This document shows, piece after piece, positions 57,827 to 64,000 of a DNA stretch of 64,000 nt. The DNA is from Polyangiales bacterium. Lineage in GTDB: Bacteria; Myxococcota_A; Polyangia; Polyangiales; Houyiibacteriaceae. How positions within the stretch are numbered: position 1 is the first letter of the stretch; each line of letters opens with the position of its first letter. The notes beneath the pieces are model-generated. The model saw only the letters and a list, made by a program, of their open reading frames with translations. It did no database searches and had not been told where the DNA came from. The stretch spans positions 1 to 64,000 of the forward strand of contig JBGCFM010000024.1 in assembly GCA_045106895.1 (NCBI GenBank), in the 5' to 3' direction. A program made the position numbers and the translations under genes.

Positions 57827-58872
57827 GGGCTCTCTTCGTCGCCCTCTTCGTCGTCGCCTTCTTCACCTTCGGCCTCTTCGCCTTCGCCTTCTTCGCCTTC
57901 GGCGGCCTCCTCGACGGCGACTTCGTCGGTGGTGTCACGTGCCTGAATGAACGCGCGCATGACCGTCGGTGAGGTGCGAACGGTGTCGAGTTCCATGTCC
58001 GGCTGTCGGTCGAGGGCTGCACGGAACGCTTCGATGGCGAGGTCGCCGCGGTCGAGGGCGACGTAGGCGATGCCTAGCTCTCGTTGAATGGTCACGACCT
58101 GGTTTCCCGTGAGCAAACGAGCGCCGAGGAGATGGTTCCCCAGAGCGACGGCTTCGGTGTAGCGACCGCGTCGCAGATGGTCGTGCAGTTCTGGCAAGCG
58201 TGCATCGATGGATGCCTGAAGTTCTCGAACGCTGTCGCCTTCGGGCTCGGCGCCGGTCTCGTCGGCGACGATGCTGCGCCCATCTTCGCTCAACGTGATG
58301 TCGCTGATGGGGATCAAGATGATCTGGCCGCGGGACACGCGGTTGCTGCGCAGGCTGTTGAAGCGCCGCAGACGTCGCGAGTGCTCCGAGCCGGAACCGT
58401 AGTAGTTCTTCGCGATGCGCAGCACGTTCTCGCTTTGACCGACGATGTGGCGAAGCGGGTAGGGCACCACGAGCTGGGCGCCTGTGTCTGGCTGCTCGTT
58501 CGTCGACCCGTGGTTGGCGTCGATGAGAACGAAGGCGCGACGCGGATCACCGTAGAACATCGTGGCGAGCTCGGACCAAGTCTCGTTCTCTTCCACGATG
58601 TGGTAGCTGACGTAAGGAATCTGGAGCCGCAGCCCAACCTCGATGGGAGAACCTCCGCCCACCGTCAGACCGTTTTCGGCGACGAGGACGCTCTCTCGGC
58701 GCGGGTCGCCGTAATAGCGCTCAGCGATGGATGCGAGGGTCTCGCCTTCCCGCACGACGTGCTGAAAGCCGCGGTCTGCGCGGGCCCAGCTCGCAAAGAG
58801 GCCGGCGCCAACCAAACAAAGAGCGGCGAGAATCAAAGCGCTCGCCATGGAGCGTGATTTCACGAGGCTCAT
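57823..58872 (-). CDS. secreted protein with three LysM-like domains, TPR and acidic tail
   Basis: HVVREGETLASIAERYYG and two further copies; LGIAYVAL...A...F..AL...P TPR. Confidence 0.8.
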   Translation of the reverse strand: MSLVKSRSMASALILAALCLVGAGLFASWARADRGFQHVVREGETLASIAERYYGDPRRESVLVAENGLTVGGGSPIEVGLRLQIPYVSYHIVEENETWSELATMFYGDPRRAFVLIDANHGSTNEQPDTGAQLVVPYPLRHIVGQSENVLRIAKNYYGSGSEHSRRLRRFNSLRSNRVSRGQIILIPISDITLSEDGRSIVADETGAEPEGDSVRELQASIDARLPELHDHLRRGRYTEAVALGNHLLGARLLTGNQVVTIQRELGIAYVALDRGDLAIEAFRAALDRQPDMELDTVRTSPTVMRAFIQARDTTDEVAVEEAAEGEEGEGEEAEGEEGDDEEGDEESP

Positions 58873-60221
58873 GGCGTCTCCTCTTCATCCGCGGGGTCGG
58901 CTGGACCCAAATCGATGGGGTGAAGCGCCTGAAGCTCAATCTCGAGGATCTCGGTCTCGCCGGTGACGATGCGAACCTCCTGCTGGAGTTCCTGGTAGTA
59001 CGGGTTTTCAAACTTCACGAAGTGCCGGCCCGGCGAGAGCGCGATGCGTTGCGCCGTAGGCGTGGTGGCGACGTGCTGCCCGTCGATGACGACCTCGGCC
59101 CATGGCTCCACGACAACGCGGAGGTAGCCCGCGCGTTCGGGGACGACGCTGCGGTTGGCCCGTCGCGTGAAACTCTCGGAGTCCGGACTCAGCGTTCCAG
59201 CGGCGGCTTGAATGGCGCCGCCGCCTCCGACGATTCCCAAAAAGAGGAGCGTCTGCATGATGCCTACGTGGCGCAGGAGACGACGATCCTTGATGCCGCG
59301 GCGGGCCTTCGGTGCGCCGGCGGCGAGGAGGTGTTCCGCTTCGGAGTCCGTCAAGACGCCGACGTCGCGGAGGAACATGACGAGGCGCGCGGAGTAGTTC
59401 ATCGGCACGCGTGGCGCGATGAACTCCGTGAGGTCGTCGATGAGCGCCTGCGTCGTGGGGTAACGATTCGCGGGCATCTTCTCCATGCATCGCCCCAGAA
59501 TACGCTCGAGGGGACGAGGGACGCTGGGCTCAATTTTTCGGGGCGAAACGAAGCGATCGAGACGGATCTTCTGCATCACCGTCCGTGCTTCGTCTTCGAC
59601 GAAGGGCTTCTGACCGGTGACCATCTGGTAGAGCACGATGCCGACGCTGAAGAGGTCCGAGCGGAAATCCAGCTTGTCGCCGAGGATCTGCTCGGGACTC
59701 ATGTAGCTCGGCGTGCCGAGGCCCGTGCCCGTCTCCGTGAGGTCCGAGAGCGTCTCGTCGCGGGCGATGCCGAAGTCCATCAGCTTCACTTCGCCCTGCT
59801 TGCTGATCATGATGTTCGCAGGCTTGATGTCGCGGTGAATGATCCCGCGGAAGTGCGCGTAGTCGAGGGCGCGCGCGACCTGCAGGTCGATGATGGCGGC
59901 GACCTCCGGTGGCAACGTGGGTGACGTCTCAAGGAGGTCGTAGAGGTCGATGCCTTCGACGTACTCCATGATGATGTACATCGAGCGTCCGTCTTTGACG
60001 AAGTCGATGACGTGCAGAATGTTCTCGTGCTGCAGCGACGCCATGAAATGCGCCTCACGCTCGAAGCGTTTGGCGAACTGGCTGTCCACCGCAATGGACG
60101 GTTTCAGCGCTTTGATCGCGACAACGCGACCCAGCGGTTCTTGGACGGCTTTGTAGACGACGGCCATGCCGCCGCTGCCGATCTCACCGACAATGCGGCA
60201 GTTCCCAATACGTTCCGTCAT
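58869..60221 (-). CDS. membrane Ser/Thr protein kinase with PEGA-like extracellular domain
   Basis: IGSGGMAVVY, VAIK, HRDIKPAN, DFG, GTPSYMSPEQ, TM, PWAEVVIDG...TP. Confidence 0.93.
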   Translation of the reverse strand: MTERIGNCRIVGEIGSGGMAVVYKAVQEPLGRVVAIKALKPSIAVDSQFAKRFEREAHFMASLQHENILHVIDFVKDGRSMYIIMEYVEGIDLYDLLETSPTLPPEVAAIIDLQVARALDYAHFRGIIHRDIKPANIMISKQGEVKLMDFGIARDETLSDLTETGTGLGTPSYMSPEQILGDKLDFRSDLFSVGIVLYQMVTGQKPFVEDEARTVMQKIRLDRFVSPRKIEPSVPRPLERILGRCMEKMPANRYPTTQALIDDLTEFIAPRVPMNYSARLVMFLRDVGVLTDSEAEHLLAAGAPKARRGIKDRRLLRHVGIMQTLLFLGIVGGGGAIQAAAGTLSPDSESFTRRANRSVVPERAGYLRVVVEPWAEVVIDGQHVATTPTAQRIALSPGRHFVKFENPYYQELQQEVRIVTGETEILEIELQALHPIDLGPADPADEEETP

Positions 60222-60389
60222 CGGTGGACTCTCACCCTATGTGGGAAGTGGTCAAAGGGTCAACGTTGGGGGCGGAAGGAGACCCATTGTTCGAAAATCG
60301 TAACAAACAAGATACCGGGAGGCACTTGTGCAACGGTTTTTCGTGGTCAAAGTCTCGTCTCATAACAAACCTTACGACGGTAGAACCAC

Positions 60390-61106
60390 ATGGCCACCAA
60401 ACGAAGCACAAACCGACTTTCCCGCTGGGCTCTCACCCGGCTCCCTTCCATGCGCGCCCGCTCCCAATTCGCGGGCTTGATGCTTGGAGGGGCACTTCTG
60501 AGCACTTCTCTCGTCGGCTGCGACGACCCCGCCGACGATGTTGCGGCGGCGTCGACGGTCTCGCCCGCGGAGGCGGAGACGCCGGCCAGCGAGGCCACCG
60601 ACGCCGTCGTGGAGACCCTCAACTTCAGCAACGAAGGCTCAAGCGTTGGCTTCGTCGGCTCGAAGGTCACCGGTTCTCATGAGGGCGGCTTTGGCGAGTT
60701 CGCCGGCACCATCGAGTTTAACCCCGCGGACGCCACGGCGAGCCAGATCGAGGTGACGATTCAGACGGCGTCGCTCTTCGCTGACGACGAGCGCCTCACA
60801 GGGCACCTCAAAGATGAGGACTTTTTCAACGTCGAAGCCATCCCCACGGCCACCTTCCGGAGCACCTCCATTGCCCTTGGCGGCGAAGGCGGCACGCACA
60901 CCATTACCGGCGCTCTGAACTTGCATGGCCAGGAGAACACGATCTCCTTCCCAGCCAACGTCACCGTGACAGACGGCGCCGTGGCGGCCACGGCGGAGTT
61001 CAGCATCAACCGCAGCGAATTCGGGATGAGCTACCCCGGCATGGAGGACAACCTCATCCGCGAGCGCGTCGTCATCAAGCTGGAGCTCAACGCACCCCGA
61101 GGCTGA
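60390..61106 (+). CDS. YceI family lipoprotein
   Basis: LVGC lipobox, SSVGF, HLKDEDFFNV...P.ATF.S, GALNLHG, INRSEFG. Start uncertain. Confidence 0.85.
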   Translation: MATKRSTNRLSRWALTRLPSMRARSQFAGLMLGGALLSTSLVGCDDPADDVAAASTVSPAEAETPASEATDAVVETLNFSNEGSSVGFVGSKVTGSHEGGFGEFAGTIEFNPADATASQIEVTIQTASLFADDERLTGHLKDEDFFNVEAIPTATFRSTSIALGGEGGTHTITGALNLHGQENTISFPANVTVTDGAVAATAEFSINRSEFGMSYPGMEDNLIRERVVIKLELNAPRG

Positions 61107-61151
61107 ATGCGTTCGGATGTCGTCGCATGGAGCGCGTGCTAGACGCCTTCT

Positions 61152-62108
61152 ATGCGACGACTGTCTTTCCTCTCCGCCTTGTTCCTCGTCGCTTGTGCCG
61201 GCACTCAAAACGCGCCGGCGGCTCAGGAGACTACGCCCGAGAGCGCCCCCGAAAGCGCCGCCGCGGACCTCTTCGCGCTGCCGCCGGGCGCGGAAGACGG
61301 CGCCCCGAACGTGGAGCTGGTCAGCGCGGGCACCGCGGGCGAGGCCCAGCTCATACGTCTGCACGCCGAAGAGGGATACACGCAGCGTATGATCATGAGC
61401 ACGACGATGCGCATGGCCATCAACATGGGCACTCCTGTACCGCCCGTTGAAATGCCAGCGAGTCACATGGTCTTCGCCGTCCGCGTCACGAATACGAACG
61501 ACGAAGGTCTCAGTCGCCGCGAGCTGCTCCTGGAGGAGGTGCGCGTCGACGAAGGCCCTCATCACGACATCATGGAGGCGGAGCTGATGCCTCTCCAAGG
61601 CATGAGCGGCGTGGAGATCGTGGACGCCCGCGGCCGCACTCTCTTCCTTTCCTACGACATCCCCGAAGGCGTCTCCGACGCGACGCGTGCGAGCTTGATT
61701 CGCATGCAGGACGTCATGAAGCAGGTGCAGCCGCCTTTCCCGATTGAGCCCGTCGCCGTGGGTGCGCGCTGGCGCGTTGAGTCTGAGATTCACAACCAGG
61801 TCGTCATGCAGCAAGTGCAGGAGTACGAGCTTGTGGAACGCGAGGGAGACCGCATCGTTCTGCAGGTCACCACCACGCAAAGCGCGCAGCCGCAGGCCAT
61901 GGAAGTTCCGCAGCCAGGTGTCACCGCCCGCCTGATCTCGCTGAACGGCGAAGGCAGGGGGCGCTCGGAGATCAACCTCGCGCAGCTCGCGCCGAACGGC
62001 ATGGCTGACGTCAGGGTCGTGCTTCGCTCGGAGATCACCCCCGACGGGCAGCCCACGGTTCCCATGACCATGGAGACTCAGGTTCACGTGGAAACGGCGC
62101 CCCGCTAG
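61152..62108 (+). CDS. hypothetical lipoprotein
   Basis: Lipobox LVAC; PFPIEPVAVGARW motif. Confidence 0.65.
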   Translation: MRRLSFLSALFLVACAGTQNAPAAQETTPESAPESAAADLFALPPGAEDGAPNVELVSAGTAGEAQLIRLHAEEGYTQRMIMSTTMRMAINMGTPVPPVEMPASHMVFAVRVTNTNDEGLSRRELLLEEVRVDEGPHHDIMEAELMPLQGMSGVEIVDARGRTLFLSYDIPEGVSDATRASLIRMQDVMKQVQPPFPIEPVAVGARWRVESEIHNQVVMQQVQEYELVEREGDRIVLQVTTTQSAQPQAMEVPQPGVTARLISLNGEGRGRSEINLAQLAPNGMADVRVVLRSEITPDGQPTVPMTMETQVHVETAPR

Positions 62109-62111
62109 CAT

Positions 62112-63413
62112 TTATTCGGGCAGAACCAGAACGCTCTCGCAGATGTAGTCCTCTGTTCGGTCACAGTCCAGATCGAACCACGAGCCAGTGCGCCCCATGG
62201 CAACGCAGTCCTCGTTCGCGAAGTTGTTTGGTTCACCAGAAGACCAGAGCGGACTCGACTCCGGCGTTCCATCGATCCAAACATAGGAGCCCTCAGTCTC
62301 TGAGTCCCCGAGTCCAATGTAGTAAGGTCGACCGTCGCCGTTGTCGAAAAGGAACGAGTTTTCCTCTTCAGTTTCAATGACGACCAGTCTGTAGGCACCA
62401 GCTCCAAAGCTCGCACAGCTTTCAACGGCTTCACCCCTGTCTAGAGCCTCCTCGCAGTGCAAGTAGACACGTCCGTTGAATGTCGAGCTTGTACAACGAG
62501 CGAGACAGAGATTGTCGTTTTCGTCGCGCTCACCGTCACAGTCGTTGTCGCGGGCGTCGCACCGTTCGTCGGCGTCTGGGTTTGATAAACCACTGGAGTC
62601 GTCGCAGTCGTCGGAGTTTTCTACGTACCCTTCCGGCTCCTCACAGGCGGATATCGGTGACTCGACATCCCCGAAGCCGTCATTGTCGCTATCCAAGAAG
62701 AACGTTGTCGTTACTCCTTCGTCAATCGCGGCGTCGCAGTCATCGTTGACCCCGTTGCAGCTCTCCGCCGCTTCTTCATTCGTGGTCCCCGTCGTGTCAT
62801 CGCAGTCACCCGCGCGGCTTACGTGGTTGTCAGGTGCGCTACAGGCGTCTACCGATGACTCTGGATCACCAAAGGTGTCCTCATCACCGTCCGCATAGAA
62901 CGTCGAGTAGAAGCTTGGGTCTTCGTCCGTCTCACCATCGCAGTCATTGTCGTTTCCGTCGCACACATCGTCGCTCGGTAGTACGGCCCCGACACACTCG
63001 CTCATCGTTCCGTCGCGACACGTCGCGACGCCGAATACGCAGACCCCGGTCTCGGAGCTCGGCCCGCAGGGAAACGTATCTCCTGGATCACACGCGCATC
63101 CTTCGTTGTTTTGCCCGTCGCAGTCTTCGTCGAGACCCGCCGCGTCGCAGACTTCCTCCGCTGGAGACGGCGCTTCGCAGGGACTCCACCGTCCGCTGAC
63201 GCAGAACTGGGTCCCCATGCGGCACACGCCGAGGGGAGGCGTTCCGTCGCAGTCCCTCGATTCACCGTCTGCGCACAACGCCGAATCCAACACGGCGGAA
63301 TCCAACACGGCTGCGTCTGGTTCCGTCTCCCGCTGGAGGCCCGTGTGGTCGACAGAGCAGGCCACAAGGCCGCTAAAGATGAGCAGACTGAAACGCACTC
63401 CCGAAGGTAGCAC
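62112..63413 (-). CDS. lipoprotein with Cys/Asp-rich putative metal-binding repeats and a C-terminal C-type lectin domain
   Basis: Lipobox LVAC; repeated E.C(D/N)..D.DCDG..DE; CTL motifs LVVIETEEEN, IGL.D...EG.YVW.DG, WSSGEPNN...EDC...W.D..C...YIC. Confidence 0.82.
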   Translation of the reverse strand: MLPSGVRFSLLIFSGLVACSVDHTGLQRETEPDAAVLDSAVLDSALCADGESRDCDGTPPLGVCRMGTQFCVSGRWSPCEAPSPAEEVCDAAGLDEDCDGQNNEGCACDPGDTFPCGPSSETGVCVFGVATCRDGTMSECVGAVLPSDDVCDGNDNDCDGETDEDPSFYSTFYADGDEDTFGDPESSVDACSAPDNHVSRAGDCDDTTGTTNEEAAESCNGVNDDCDAAIDEGVTTTFFLDSDNDGFGDVESPISACEEPEGYVENSDDCDDSSGLSNPDADERCDARDNDCDGERDENDNLCLARCTSSTFNGRVYLHCEEALDRGEAVESCASFGAGAYRLVVIETEEENSFLFDNGDGRPYYIGLGDSETEGSYVWIDGTPESSPLWSSGEPNNFANEDCVAMGRTGSWFDLDCDRTEDYICESVLVLPE

Positions 63414-63487
63414 GTTGTTGAACTGTGTTCAATGACGAAGTCATGTTCCGGCGCTCCAGAGCGAAGTGGCCTCTGCTAGTGTTTCCC

Positions 63488-64000
63488 ATGCTCGAGATAC
63501 ATGATGCCGCCGTCGCCAAGACTCACTTGGAACGAGCCGAAGCCCTCAACGATGTTGTCTTTCAGGGCATCGACTTCAAACCTATGGCGGCGCTGCTCTG
63601 TGAACGCGACGTTGAAGGCACCGTGTTCCTCGGCTGCGAGCTGAGCCTCGAGACGCTGGCGGAGATCACGAGCCGCGGCGCCCTTGTTTTCCCGAAATTG
63701 CGCTCCAAGCCCTGGAACGCATACCGAACCTCGCTCTACACGGCGGACGAGCTCTTCGACGGTTTCAACGCCGACGAGCCCTGCACCTACTGCGATACCT
63801 TCGACGCACGCGTCTGGCGTCATTGGCGCGACGAAGGCGGCGCACACCCCCATGGCGTCATGGAGACGTTGGCGCGGCGGCTTCACGACCACTCCATCTA
63901 CGAAGCGATGACCACGCTCCTTGAAGGCCAAGAGAAGGTCGTCGCGGTGATGGGCGGACACTCGATGAAACGCGACGACCCCGCCTTCGCAAAAGTCGCT
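63488..64000 (+). CDS. LOG family / Rossmann-fold nucleotide-binding protein, 3' partial
   Basis: Open frame from ATG 63488 to the window end (absent from the ORF track): VFLGC, YRTSLYTADELFDGF, LARRLHDHSI, VAVMGGHS. Confidence 0.7.
   Translation, partial: MLEIHDAAVAKTHLERAEALNDVVFQGIDFKPMAALLCERDVEGTVFLGCELSLETLAEITSRGALVFPKLRSKPWNAYRTSLYTADELFDGFNADEPCTYCDTFDARVWRHWRDEGGAHPHGVMETLARRLHDHSIYEAMTTLLEGQEKVVAVMGGHSMKRDDPAFAKVA

Overview
GC-rich bacterial chromosomal DNA that reads like a myxobacterium (Myxococcota, probably Polyangiales/Sandaracinaceae-like). This is inferred from the many lipoproteins with Asp-Ala/Ser-Gly linkers, a DUF4388-type protein, an AgmX/PglI-like domain, an FHA-GAF sigma54 activator and a PEGA-type Ser/Thr kinase. 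The window holds about 60 CDS, mostly housekeeping or envelope genes (uvrB fragment, serC, gcdH-like, bioFD, cbpA/dnaJ, uppS-cdsA, gdhA, rluA, recF, serS, ABC transporters), plus one tRNA-Ala(CGC). A cluster of parS sites at ~8.0-8.26 kb suggests the region is origin-proximal. I saw no mobile elements, prophage genes or CRISPR arrays. Most notable observations: (1) a dispersed Streptomyces-type aromatic carotenoid gene set (crtY, crtV-like Rieske, crtU, crtT-like) plus a CrtR-type hydroxylase; (2) a 925-aa FG-GAP lipoprotein with two pore-forming-toxin-like amphipathic beta-hairpins, divergent from an orphan kinase-type ECF sigma factor; (3) an orphan type III secretion ATPase translationally coupled between dnaJ and crtY; (4) repeated -10 boxes 5-7 nt before start codons, implying leaderless mRNAs; (5) a degenerate tandem copy of the tRNA; (6) two candidate structured ncRNAs; (7) a pseudo-Fic protein; (8) a probably chimeric first ~400 bp in which uvrB runs into an aminotransferase C-terminus. 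All product calls come from motif recognition by eye; no database searches were run.
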